In this document: in pieces, positions 12,690-25,010 of the stretch
Numbering within the stretch: the stretch's first letter is position 1
How the letters are laid out: every line of letters begins with the position of its first letter
Source of the DNA: Pristiophorus japonicus
Taxonomy: Eukaryota
NCBI RefSeq assembly: GCF_044704955.1
Contig: NC_091977.1
Location: forward strand, 1,550,001-1,614,000
Length of the DNA: 64,000 nt
Direction: 5' to 3'
Translations under genes and position numbers: made by a program
Notes under the pieces: model-generated
What the model saw: only the letters and a program-made list of their open reading frames with translations
Databases searched by the model: none
Told to the model about the DNA's origin: nothing

Positions 12690-13114
12690 GTAAGTGCAGT
12701 TACCTCACAGTGGATATTAAAGAGTTACTAATATAAAACTGTTACATATAAAGTGGAACCATACATTACAACCATCAGCACCATGCCCACAGTCAGCATG
12801 TGGGGGCCTGGTGCACATATCAGCATTGAACACAAACTGGCCTCTCTCCCCTCAATGTCACTTCTAACCCAGTTCTGCTGCTATTGGAAGTGATTCCAGG
12901 CGCTGCATACTCTCAGCTTCAAATAAGCATTGAGCCAGGAGCAGGATTAAGGGAAGAGGGAAGGGCAGGGAATCAGTGGCCATGAACGGGAGAGGGAAGG
13001 ATGGAAATGTTGGGAATGTAGAGGAGAGATGGTGGGCAGGGGGAAACGACAAAGGCTGGGAGTGGGGCTTTGGGGGAGGGAGAGAGGAAAAGCTGGGAGT
13101 GGGGCTTTGGAACA

Positions 13115-13255
13115 GAAGATAAGAATGTGTATTTGTGTGAAGTGTAGAAAAAATACTCTTATTAAAATAGCATCAAAACTATTGATGTGGATCTGGGTAA
13201 GCCCAGAACTACCTTACAGTAGATATTAAAGAGTTACTGAAATAACACTGTTCCA
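13115..13255 (+). pseudogene. Relic duplicate of the 3' end of a D2-like exon plus its donor and intron start
   Basis: EDKNVYLCEV* aligns with EDQELYTCEVQ. ctgg|gtaagcccagaactaccttacagtagatattaaagagttact aligns with cccg|gtaagtgcagttacctcacagtggatattaaagagttact (12686-12730). Confidence 0.8.
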
Positions 13256-16200
13256 CACAATGTCCAGGGAGCACAGAGACATCAGATGCTTTTACTACAG
13301 ACTGGGCTGTATTTTCTCTTTGGAACATTGGTGTAAATATAATATTGCAATACACTGGGCAAATATCAACAACCAGGTCTTGATGGATTGGATAATAAAT
13401 AGCTAAAGGGTTAAAGGTGAACAGAAACATTCTCACACAGCTCATCAATGACCATAACACAGAGACAATTATTTTCTAAATATGGTTCACTTTACTCACT
13501 GCACAGGCACAGAATTACAGTCCAGCCCTGACTGACTACTCAGTGCTCTCCCAATACACACACATAGGGGACAATACTGAGTGACTTTGGTTGAACATCA
13601 TTGGTCGTACCAGAAGTGTACAAACAGTTATGGTGCTGTGTGGTCGTTAGCATCTGATATCAATAGATTGGGAGTGGAGGGAGGGTGGGTGGTTATAATG
13701 TGGCCGGTTCTGTACAGGTAACTGAATGGGGAACCACTTCACCAGCTGTTGAGAGGCAAGTGGAGGAGAGTGACAAGGCTGCAGTCAATGTTGGTTTATC
13801 TTGTCTAGAATTGTTAAAGTAAATGAAGCAGTTCAACACTGGAAGGTAGAAAATCTGAATTGCAGCGTTTTTTTAATAAATGGTACCGGAGATAAAACAA
13901 AAACAGAAAATGCTTTCAGTAACAGCACCTTGAAGAAAGAAATAAAACGATGCTTCACTGAGGAAGAATGAAGTGGACATCGGTATTAGTGAGAAAGAGA
14001 GGTGACTGAAAGCTTGGTCAGAGATAGGTTTTCAGTGTGTGTGTAGACAAAGTAGGAGGTTTTAGTGTGGGAGAGAATGTGGATGGGTCATTTTGACTTT
14101 GTGCAATAGTAAGTTATCTTTGTGAGATGTAAAATGTGTTTCCAATTCACTACCAGCTGTTTTACACTATCACATAATAGAGCTCAACCTGGTGGACTAC
14201 TGATCCACCTAGTGGACTACTGTGGTAATGTAACTACTCACGTATATACAATAAAAGCATCATGTGACAAGGTCACCTGACAAGTTCCAGTACAGCCATC
14301 TTGTGTATGTGTGTGTTTGTGATGTTGTAAGGAAGATATCACATTGGCAATGTAGGATGGGATTTCTGGATTCCCTAACTGATTTTTTTTTGGTGGCTGT
14401 TCCAGCCAACCAGCAGAGAGACTTTGAGAGATTCTTTGTTTTGCAACACAACTAAAAATCCAAGGTAAATTTCAAGCACACTGTTGACATTGCCAGAGTC
14501 CAGATGGCCACACCTATGGGAATAATAGGGTGCTTGGGTGAGTTCCAGCCTGACTGAGAGACTTTCGAGCATACATGGAGTGGCTAGAAATGTTTTTCAC
14601 CGCAAATAGTATCATCAAAGTCCCTGATGATGAAAACCGTAACTGGGTGGTGTTAGAAAGAAAACGGGCTATTTTCCTGACTTAATCAGGCCTGGAGGTG
14701 GATGAAACCCTGAAAAATGTGCTTGTTCCTGACAAGACAAAGGGCCCGCCACTGACGGAGATTGTTAGCACGACAGTCCTGAGCCCCTGGAAGTTGCTGA
14801 AAGTTAATGTTTTGGAATATGAAATCAATTCATTGACGAGAGTATCAGTGAGTACATTGTAGCTTTAAAAAAGCTTCCCATTCACTGTCATTTCGTAAAC
14901 TTTCAGGACCAAGCATTGCGTGACCACATTGTCTGTGGGATGAAAAATAAAGCAATCAGAAGAAAGTTGTTGACAACCCCTAACTTGAATTTTTATTTAG
15001 CTTGCAAGACAGCTATGTCGATGGGTATGGCAGACCAATATTCCTGAGAATTTCATGCCATTTCCAGTCTTCAGACAACCAAGGTGAATCGGCTTCAGGC
15101 TAGAAGTAAAAAGCAGTTGGGCCCCAAGGCCTCCGCAACTGACCAAGGTAACAGTGCATTGAAGCCATGCTATCGGTGATTGGGACAACACATCGCTCAA
15201 GATTGTACGTATGTGAAGGCAGAGTGTTTCTTCTGCAAGAAAACTGGATATCTTGCGAAGGCATGCCGACTGAAGGGTAAACTATCAGTAGAAATCACCA
15301 GAGACTATGTAGCATTGAACAGAAGCAACAGGATGAGGAGGTTCTGAAGACACACGTCATCAGGAGCACAACGGTACCTAACAACGATTCATGAAGTATC
15401 GTCATCCAAGTAGACGTTGCAGGGACCAGGATACCCATGGAAATCAACACTGGTGCATCCGTGAGCGTAGTACTGGAATTATTATATCTCGACAAGTTGA
15501 GTGATTTTTCACTGAAAAAGTCAAACATAGAACTGCGAGGCTACTCAGGAGAGCAAATTCCTGTGGTAGGATGTATCACCGTACCGGTAAAATACAAGGA
15601 TCAGTTTCAGAGCTTACCTCTCTTATTCATGGCAGGAGACAAGCCTTAATAGGTAGAAATAGGTGGGGATCATTGAAGTTGGATTGGAGTGAGATTTTTT
15701 GAGTTGAAACGAGATTTGCATCGAAGGATGATGTCATCAAACAGTATCCAAAGGTGTCCGTGAAACAGGCAGTGCAATCCTAGGTTTCAAGGTGAGTGTC
15801 AGGGTACAGGAGAATGCTAGACCAGTTTACTGCAAGCCATATCCCATGCCATATGAACTCAAAGAGAAAGTTGATCAAGTACTCAAAAGACTAGAAACTG
15901 AGAACATTATCTCTAAAGTAGACCTAAGTATTGGGCTATACCCATTGTTGTTGTACCTAAGTCAGATGGTAATGCTGATGCTATGTCCAGGTTGCCATCC
16001 CCATCACAAGTTACACCCAATGAGGAAGAAGTGTTCTATTTTTCATACATTGATCACTTGCCTGTCACAGCTGAAGAACTTGGTAGAGCAACTAAGCATG
16101 TCTCAGTTATGACAAAGGTGTATGATTGTACAGCAAATGGCTGGCCAAACCAGATATCAGAGGAAGATATTCATCCATACTTTGTCCATAGGAATGAATT

Positions 16201-17570
16201 ATCAGTCGATAAAGATTTATCATGTGGGTGCAAGAGTAGTTATCCCAAATAAGTTCAGGTCCAAGGTGTTAGGAGATCTTCATGACCAGCACCTAGGAAT
16301 GTGCCTGACCAAGAGTTTTGCACGCAGTTACTTATGGTGGCCAGGTCTAGGTAAAGATACAGAGTGCATCATCAGTCAGTGTACAATATGTCAATCGGTA
16401 AGCACGATATCACCATCAGTACCATTACAGCCATGGAAATGGCCTCCCAGGGTGTGGCAAAAGTTACATGTAGATTTTGCTGAGCTAGAAGGACAACAAT
16501 TGTTCATTGTGATTGATAATCATTCGAAATGGGTAGAAGTATTTCCGATGCAGAAAATAACAACAAATAAAACAATAGACAATTTGCAAATATTGTTTTC
16601 TTCATATGGTCTCCCAGAAGAAATTGTTTCTGATAATGGGCCGCAATTTTGTTGAGAAGAATTTTCACAGTTCATGAGCAGGAACAGTGTGAAACATACC
16701 AAGGTTCCACCTTACCACCCTGCTTCAAATGGTGCACCGAGTGCACAGTACAAATTGTAAAACCTGCCCTCAACAAGCAAATATTGGATCCAAATCCAAA
16801 GAAATGGCAGTTGTCATTGGATCACAAACTAGCAAATGTTCTGATTATGTATCGTAATACTCCTCATACAACTACTAGTGGAACACCAGCAGAATTGTTT
16901 CTCAAACGACAACCACGAATCAGGTTCTCGTGTTGAAGCCAAACTTGGCACAGTTAGTAGAAGGGAAACAACTAAGACAGAAAGAGAATCATGATAGAGG
17001 TAAAATAAGAGAGAGAAGTGTGAAATTAAATCAGAAGGTGAGAGTGAAGAACCATCACCATAATTGGTTAAAATGGTTACCAGGAAGCCTAGTGCGGATA
17101 TGCGACTCTCGAACATATTTGGACAAGATGTTTGATCATGGAAAGGTTAGGTTTGTTCACATTGATCATATTTTACCTACAGATGTGGAAGGAGTTGAAA
17201 GTTGGAATGATTCGATTATTTCTGATGAGACAGATAGCCTTATTACAAGTAGAGTACCAGTAGCAAATCCTACATCAGATGTACTAGAAACAAGTACAAG
17301 AGAAAGTCAGAATTTAAGTCTGAGTCTGAGTCAGGCAGACAGACAGTCTGAAGTTGTAGAGAGTCAAAATGTAGATCAAGGGTTGCCCTTGAAGAAAAAC
17401 TCTCCTCAGGCTCAGCCTAGAATGAGTTTAAGTTCGACACCAAGTTTGGAAAGATCTGTTCGAGAGTGAAGGTATCCTCTTCGAAACAGAAAACAAGAGG
17501 TAAAGTTTGATTTGTAAAAATGGAAAAATATTTGTTATGTTGAACCATGCAAATTATGTATGGTGATTGT

Positions 17571-18000
17571 TTAGAAACATAGAAAATAGGTGCAGGAGTA
17601 GGCCATTCGGCCCTTCGAGCCTGCACCACCATTCAATATGATCATGGCTGATCATACAACTTCAGTACCCCATCCTGCTTTCTCTCCATACCCCTTGATC
17701 CCTTTAGTCGTAAGGGCCACACCTAACTCCCTTTTGAATATATCTAACGAACTGGCCTCAACAACTCTCTGCGGTAGAGAATTCCACAGGTTCACCACTC
17801 TCTGGGTGAAGAAGTTTCTCCTCATCTCGGTCCTAAATGGTTACCCCTTATCCTTAAACTATATCCCCTAATTCTAAACTTCCCCAACATTGGGAACATT
17901 CTTCCTGCATCTAACCTGTCCAGTCCTGTCAAAATTTTATATGTTTCTATGAGATCCCCCTCATTCTTTTAAATTCCAGTGAATATAAGCCTAGTTGATC
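17571..18000 (-). mobile_element. CR1 3' fragment nested in the Gypsy element
   Basis: An agaaacatagaaaataggtgcagg tail and ORF2 C-terminus. Confidence 0.9.
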
Positions 18001-18119
18001 CGATAAGATTACTGCACAAGAGATTACTCGAGAAGATTAAGGGGCGTGGAATTTGGAGGAGGATAGAAAACTGGATTAAAAGGAAGGTGAATAAAAAAGT
18101 AGGGGTTAAAGGCAGTTTA

Positions 18120-18600
18120 TTTTTATTTGTTCCCAATGATGTGGGCGTCGCTGGCAAGGCCGGCATTTATTGGCCATTCCTAATTGCCCTCAAAGGTGGT
18201 GGTGAGCTGCCTTCTTGAACCGCTGCAGTCCGTGTGGTGAAGGTGTTCCCACAGTGCTGTTGGGGAGGGAATTCCAGGATTTTGACCCAGCAATGATGAA
18301 GGAATGGCCGATATATTCCCATGTCGGGATGGTGTGTGACTGGGAGGGGAACGTGGAAGTGGTAGTGTTCCCATGCGCCTGCTGCCCTTATCCTTCTGGG
18401 AAGTAGAGGTCGCAGGTTTGGGAGGTGATTTTGGAGAAGCCTTGGCGAGTTTCTGCAGTGCATCTTGTAGATGGTACACACTGCAGCCACGGTGCGCCAG
18501 TGGTGGAGGGAGTGAATGTTTAACGTGGTGTATGGGGTGCCAATCAAGTGGGTGCTTTGTCCTGGATGGTGTCGAGCTTCTTGAGTGTTGTTGGAGCTGC
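18120..18600 (-). mobile_element. CR1/L2-group LINE 3' fragment nested in the Gypsy element
   Basis: IHSLHHWRTVAAVCTIYKMHC, with the same 3' tail as 7750-8070. Confidence 0.85.
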
Positions 18601-19129
18601 ATTGTTATGATTACTTCTTCATTAAGAAGGGAGAAGTGTAATAGAGCTCCACTTAGTGGACTACTGTGGTAATGCAACTTCTCATGCAAATTCAATACAA
18701 GCATCATGTGACAAGGTCACATAACAAGTTCCTGTCGAGCCATCTTGTGCATGTGTGTGTCTGTGATGTGGTAAGGCAGATATCACATTCACTATCACCT
18801 CTTTTACACTATCGCACAAGGCCAAATTACCCCCATGTTTTTGAAAGAAAGTATCGTGATTGCCCCTTGGACAATAAGGAAAGGTTTTCCAATTTTTCAA
18901 TCTTGTCAACTGCCAAGTTGTATTGCAAAAGCAATTAAAATGACTCTGGGTTAGTCTTGCTGAGAAAATGTGAAGGCTTTAGTGGAAATAGTGAAAGAAA
19001 TATCAGGAGAAAGAAAGAAAGTAACAAAGAAAGAATAGAAAAGGCACAGGTATAAAGTCTGTGCAGAATGTTCAATACAGAAGGAGACAGATGCTCACTG
19101 TGAATGAACCACTCCACTGAATACAAACT

Positions 19130-19360
19130 GAGTATCGTGAGCAGGTTATTGGTGAGTAAGGGCTGCTTGATAGCTCTGTTGACGACACCTTCCATCACTT
19201 TGCTGAAGATTGAGAGTAGACTGAAGGGGCGGTAATTGGCTGGATTGGATTTGTCCTGCTTTTTGATTGTAGGACATACCTGGGCAGTTTTCCACATTGT
19301 CGGGTAGATCCCAGTGTTGTAGCTGTACTGGGACAGCTTGGCGAGAGGCGTGGCTAGTTA
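19130..19360 (-). mobile_element. LINE RT fragment (same family as 6100-8070)
   Basis: WKTAQVCP..KKQDKSNPANYRPFSLLSIFSKVME. Confidence 0.8.
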
Positions 19361-19477
19361 TGATAATCAAAACACAAAATAGTTTTATATAATTTTTGCC
19401 AATAATTATTCTGGCTTTTCTCTCTACCTTAGAAACTGTAAAATTCTAACACGTTGTTCTCTGTCTCTCTATCACAG

Positions 19478-19819
19478 ATTTATATCAAGAGAGTTACACA
19501 CTTTATCGGTCAGGCACAGATCGCAGTGAACTCGACCTGATTTGCCGTTCTGTTGCCTCTACTTACAATGCTGCTGCATGGACCTGGAGCTCACATCATC
19601 TTCCAAATCAGGAGAAAAAAATAGCAACTGCTTCAAAATCTCAGCCTATCGATGTGAACAGGACCGACTTTGGGAGTCGACTGGTGCCCACAGTGGGACA
19701 TTTTAATGGCAGGACCTTCAGTGTGAGGATTGTCCCTGTACTGTTTGACGATGCAGGAGTTTACACATGTTCTCTGGGATCACGTAAATTTGTGACCATT
19801 AAACTAATCACAGTTAAAG
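19478..19819 (+). CDS. IgSF receptor exon 4: D3, V-type Ig domain
   Basis: Splice sites atcacag|...aaag|gtagga, phase 1-1, 342 nt. Reads ELDLIC...AAWTW...FGSRL...FSVRIVPVLFDDAGVYTC...IKLITVK. Confidence 0.92.
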
Positions 19820-19897
19820 GTAGGACACAGAATGTTGCTGGTGTTTTCAATGATAAAGTCATTGTGTAAAAGCTGAATGATTTTCCTGTTTCCACAG

Positions 19898-20167
19898 TCA
19901 CAGCTGAACCATCTGATGCAGAGACTGAGGGAGACACCGTTACCCCGACCTGCTCTGTGTCTGATGTCACTGAACCAATGAGACTGGTTTGGATCAATAG
20001 TGACGGCAGAACTGTTGGAGAGAAAACATTGAATGGACGGAATGGGGAAGAGAAATCATTGCGACTGATTATTCAGAAAGCTGACAGAGGCAGAGGGAAC
20101 TGGATATGTGCTGTGTTTTATCAAAACCGGCCCCAGGTTTTAGTCCCGTACTATCTGGAGCCCAGTG
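19898..20167 (+). CDS. IgSF receptor exon 5: D4, C2-type Ig domain with WxC F-strand
   Basis: Splice sites tttccacag|...agtg|gtaagt, phase 1-1, 270 nt, with a 78-nt intron upstream. Reads EGDTVTPTC...LVWIN...LRLIIQK...GNWICAV. Confidence 0.92.
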
Positions 20168-20529
20168 GTAAGTGACTCAGGGTTTGCTCTTTAATCTTAT
20201 AATCTCCACAGGAAATTCTTGTCACTTATTGTTCTTGTTGCCTGGAGTAACCCCTCCTTTATATCCTGTGTGTGAAGCTGTACAGTGGTTCAGAGCCTCA
20301 GGAAATCTACCCTGAGATAACTCAGCACAGCCTGGGATCGAGCGAGGAACTTTCCTGGTCTGTGTGCCTCAACTACGCTCTTGGTAAACTCACTGAGACA
20401 GGACAAGCATTTAAGTTTGACAATCCAGTAGTACAGAAGTCATTTCTGTTGGTTTTCTGACACAGAATCAATCAGAATGCTCCGAAAAATCAGAGCAAAT
20501 AATTCCCAGCTGCAAATATTGCAATTGGA

Positions 20530-23500
20530 AGTCTCCCCAAAGCCCATCTTGGAGAGCATGTCCATCAGGTACGTGTGCGATATCCTGTCAAAGGTCTTCT
20601 CCTGGTCCAAGCTGATTAAACAGGTGTCCACCCTCCTGTCCCGCACGTAGGCGATCGTATCCCTGAGTAGCGCGAGGCTATCAGAGATCTTCCTGCCGGG
20701 GACAGTGCAGGTCTGGTCCGGGTGGATCACCAGCTCCAGAGCAGACTTGACCCTGTTTGCGATGACCTTTGACAGGATCTTGTAGTCCACATTGAGCAGC
20801 GAGATGGGCCGCCAGTTTTTGATTTCCTCCCTCTCCTCCTTCTGCTTGTAGATGAGGGTGATGATGCCTTTCCTCATTGATTCTGACATGCTGCCGGCCA
20901 GAAGCATACCCCCGTACACTTCCAGCAGGTCTGGGCCCATCCAGTCCCACAGAGCCCAATACAACTCGACCGGTAAGCCGTCGCTTCCGGGAGTTTTACT
21001 CGTCGCGAGGGACCGGACGGCCTTTGTCAGATCGTCCAGAGTTAGCGGGTGGTCCAGACTCTCCCGCTCGCTGTCATCTAAGATCTCTGAGATAGACGAT
21101 AGGAAGGACGGTAGGCCACACGGTCTGTGGGCTTGACGTCGTACAGCCTGGCATAGAAGGATTTGCTGATCCTCAGCATGTCGGGCTGCGAAGACGTCAC
21201 AGAACCATCTTCTTCCTTCAGGCTGGTGATCACAGAGCTCCCCGTGTGTACCTTTTGGAAGAAGAAACGCGAACACGTCTCATCCTGCTCGACGGAGCGG
21301 ACTCTGGAGCGGAAGATGATTTTGGAGGACTCTGATGCAAAGAGCGAGGCTTGCTGGCCCTTCACCTCTTGGAGTTCCTCCGCGACATCGACCCCCATCG
21401 TCTGCAATAGGAGCAGGTTTTGCATACTCTTCTGGAGTTGGGACAATTCCCTCTGTCTCCCTCTCGCCTCCTGAACATCTTTGAGGATGAAGAACCTCTT
21501 GATGTTTGTCTTGATTGTTTCCCACCAGTGCATCGGGGAATCGCAGAGGGGTTTTACAGTTCTCCAACTTTTGTAATCCCTCTTGAGTTCCTCAATGTTT
21601 TCCGGGGTCAACAGTTTCATGTTGAGCTTCCATATCCCCCTGTCAACTTTCTGGTCTTCCTGTGGGAGACAGTCAGCCAGTAGGAGGCAGTGGTCAGAGA
21701 AGAACACCGGCGTGACGTCGGTGGATCTGACCTTGAGCGTGTGGGACACAAACAGGAAGTCTATTCTGGAATGGACGGACCCGTCTGGTCTCGACCAGGT
21801 GTATCTGCGCGGTGCTCCGTCTGCAGAGTTGCTGAAGACGTCGCACAGCTTGGCATCTTTTACCGCGTCCATCAGGAGTCTGGACGTGGTGTCCAGTTTG
21901 CTGTCGGCTCTGCTGGATCGTCCAGCCACATCGATGGTACAGTTGGAATCACCGCCCAGAACGACCGGTCTGGATGTCGCCAGCAGCAGTGGGAGCTGCT
22001 GGAGGAGGGCCAGTCGCTGGCTTCTGAGAGGTGAGGCATACACGTTAATTAGCCTTAGAGGAACATTTTTATACAATACATCTGCTACGAGGAGGCGGCC
22101 GCCCACCACCTCCTTAACTTCGGTGATGGTGAAGTGACCTCCCCGCAGCAGAATGCCCAGGCCGGAGGCCCGGCAATCGTTGCCTCCTGACCAGACGGAT
22201 GGTCCATTGCGACCACTGCCGGTAACTGCTGAAGTGCGGCAGGCCACACTCCGGCAAGAACAGTAGGTCTGCCTTGACCTTGGCGAGGTACCCCAAGGTG
22301 GAAACACATCGCGTAGATGACTTAATGCTACGCACGTTAATGGATGCTATCTTTAAACCCATTTTTAAATTGGTGATTACAATCCAAACATTACATTTCA
22401 AACACGCAGTCCTTTGGCCCTGTGGCCTGTTCCCGTATACATAGGTTAACTTTAAACTTTTCTACTGCACCTTGGCTGAGATATGGGTTGTCCTCTGCCT
22501 TGGGGATGGGTTGACCAGGGGACACCAGCAGTATGGACGGGGGACCTCCATGTTAACTGGGCTGCCCTTGCCTGGTGTTGGTTGTTCCTTGTGTGCATCC
22601 CCTGTGGTGTCGTCGCTCCCAGAGATCCGGAGCGGGGGGGCATCTGTCACTTCGTCGCTCCCAGAGATCCGGAGCGGGGGTGTATCTGTCTCTTCATCGC
22701 TCCCAGAGATCCGGAGCGGGGGGGCATCTGTCACTTCATCGCTCCCAGAGATCCGGAGCGGGGGGGTATCTGTCACTTCATCGCTCCCAGAGATCCGGAG
22801 CGGGGGGGCATGTGTCACTTCATCGCTCCCAGAGATCCGGAGCGGGGGGGTATCTGTCACTTCGTCGCTCCCAGAGATCCGGAGCGGGGTGCATCTGTCA
22901 CTTCATCGCTCCCAGAGATCCGGAGCGGGGTGCATCTGTCACTTCATCACTCCCAGAGATCCGGAGCGGGGGGCATCTGTCACTTCGTCGCTCCCAGAGA
23001 TCCGGAGCGGGGGGGCATCTGTCACTTCATCGCTCCCAGAGATCCGGAGCGGGGGGCATCTGTCACTTCATCGCTCCCAGAGATCCGGAGCGGGGGGCAT
23101 CTGTCACTTCATCGCTCCCAGAGATCCGGAGCGGGGGGGCATCTGTCACTTCATCGCTCCCAGAGATCCGGAGCGGGGGTGTATCTGTCACTTCATCGCT
23201 CCCAGAGATCCGGAGCGGGGGGGCATGTGTCACTTCATCGCTCCCAGAGATCCGGAGCGGGGGGTATTGGTGACATCACTGCTCCCAGAGATCCGGAGCG
23301 GGGGTGTATCTGTCACTTCGTCGCTCCCAGAGATCCGGAGCGGGGGGGCATCTGTCACTTCGTCGCTCCCAGAGATCCGGAGCGGGGGGCATCTGTCACT
23401 TCATCGCTCCCAGAGATCCGGAGCGGGGGTGCATCTGTCACTTCATCGCTCCCAGAGATCCGGAGCGGGGGGCATTGGTGACATCACTGCTCCCAGAGAT

Positions 23501-24985
23501 CCGGAGCGGGGGGCATTGGTGACATCACTGCTCCCAGGGTCCCGGAGCTGGACTGCGCTGGTCACATTGGTGTTTTGCCCCTTCTGCTGGTGGTAGTGGG
23601 GGCTTTTGCCTCGCCCTTCGTCATCGGGTGAGCTGCAGCCACTGCTGTCCGTCGTGGACAGTAGCTGTCTTTTGCCTCTCGTTTCTGCAGGAGGCATCTT
23701 TTCCCTTGACTTGTGGGCCGCCTTCTTCTTCATCTTGACGAGCTGCCATTCCTGTTTTCCTTCTGCTCCTGCTCCCTCCTCTTCCATGGACTCGGTGTCT
23801 CGGGGGGAGTTTCACTGCTGGGTGTTAGTGTCTGGCGGCTTGCTGTGGCAGACTGCCCTTCCTCCTCTCGGTCAGTGTCGACTAGGGCAGTGGTTTGTTC
23901 GCACGGTGTGTTGGGAGGGAGGGCGGTGTCGGTCTCCTCTGGGGCGTTGTGTTCCTCAGCTTTCTCCTCACATGTCACCATGTTCTTTGCCGCCTGCGCA
24001 GAGCTGACATTGTGCTTGGGGCAGGCCTTGCACAGATCTCCAGCCTGACCACAAAGGTTGCAGCACTTGGTCTCCTTACAGTCCTTTGTCTGGTGGCCTT
24101 GCTTCTTGCAGTTGCAGCAGATGACAGTTGTGCAGCTTGCCACCACGTGGCCTGCCTTCCCGCAGGTCCGGCACACGTTGGGTTGTCCGGCGTACACCAT
24201 GTAGCCCCGACTTCCTCCGATGGTGAAGCTGGAGGGAGGGTGCAGGATGGTTCCGCTGGCGTCCACTTTCATGGTGACCTGGATCTGGCGCTTGCTGGTC
24301 TATATCCCGTGGAGGTCTTTCAGGTCGATGCTGCTTCCTGCCCCATCGACATACCTGGCGAGGAATGTCAGCACATCAATGACCGGGATGTGGGGATTGT
24401 ACATCTGCACTGTGATAGTGCGTCTTCTCTGCGACGGGAGGATGAACAGTGGTTCCCAAGTCAGCATTGACCGCAGTGGTTCACTCACCTCCTTCAATCC
24501 CCTCAGGAACTTCAGGCATTGGGTGACGTTTCTGAAGGACACATCAAAGTAACCTCTCTTCGGGATGTCCTGCAAGGTGAAGATATCCGCGACTTTCATG
24601 CCACAGGTTCCAAGCAGGACTTTCTTCACGAAGAGGTCCCGGTGCATCGTTGTCTGTCCTTCCACTTTCTTCACCCTCACTCGGATGGTGTTTCGGACGC
24701 CCTGGTTCACCGCTCGGTTGGCCACCATCCATTTGCAGATTCCTCCTTTCAGCTTGTGTTTTGGCCGAAGCCTTCAATCTTTCGTGGTGCCAGTCCGGCA
24801 CCTTGGCTGACCGTTGGTCGTTCGACGTGCAGATTTCTACAATTGGTGCTTGTCCCGAGCAAAAAGACCAGACCCAGCCAAACTGGAAAGATGAGTTTCT
24901 GCAATTAGTCAATTAGCACATGAATGGCCAATCCACAGAGAGTGCCACTGAGCAGCAACACTTCAAAGCACTCAGCTCCCAAAAG
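20530..24985 (-). mobile_element. Tx1-clade (L1 group) LINE: 5' UTR, ORF1 with zinc knuckles, ORF2 APE and N-terminal RT; 3'-truncated
   Basis: ORF1 has CCHC knuckles (CRTCGKAGH, CCNCKKQGH, CNLCGQAG). ORF2 reads KIASINVRS, SRIDFLF, FSDH, KTPGSDGLP, NWRPISLLNVDYKI, LDQEKTFDRI and ends at SKMGFGE. Frameshifts are present. Confidence 0.92.
22610..23550. repeat. Minisatellite, ~40-42-bp unit, about 22 copies, in the Tx1 ORF1 C-terminus
   Basis: Unit atctgtcacttcatcgctcccagagatccggagcggggggg(c) with a variable-length G-run. Confidence 0.95.
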
Positions 24986-25010
24986 GGACTGCCTATGATG
25001 ATGATCCCTC

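Larger units (their letters stand above)
14173..18787 (+). mobile_element. Degenerate Ty3/Gypsy LTR retrotransposon with RT/RNase H deleted
   Basis: LTRs at ~14173-14343 and 18637-18787, PBS-like tggcaatg, and PPT aagaagggagaag. Gag CCHC remnant, protease (EINTGASVS) and integrase (WWPG, LHVDFA, IVSDNGPQF). The sequence jumps from VVPKSDG to NADAMSRLP at ~15970. Confidence 0.9.
14085..18833. mobile_element. Small MITE-like DNA element split by the Gypsy insertion
   Basis: Imperfect TIRs: gggtcattttgactttgtgcaatagt at 14085 and actatcgcacaaggccaaattacccc ending ~18833. Confidence 0.55.

Noticed and set aside
8365-20167. Rearranging Ig/TCR/IgNAR V segments
   Set aside because: The V exons end in splice donors rather than heptamer-nonamer RSS, and no J segments or C1 domains were seen.
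20270-20400. tRNA-derived SINE-like remnants (also at ~1665-1695)
   Set aside because: Too degenerate to fold as tRNA or to classify with confidence.
20466-20530. Possible exon start after tctgacacag, running into the Tx1 element
   Set aside because: It has no Ig-like pattern and no convincing donor before the TE.
22452-23596. Plus-strand 232-374-aa repetitive ORFs, and the array as a possible CRISPR
   Set aside because: These are antisense translations of a VNTR. There are no unique spacers and the context is eukaryotic.
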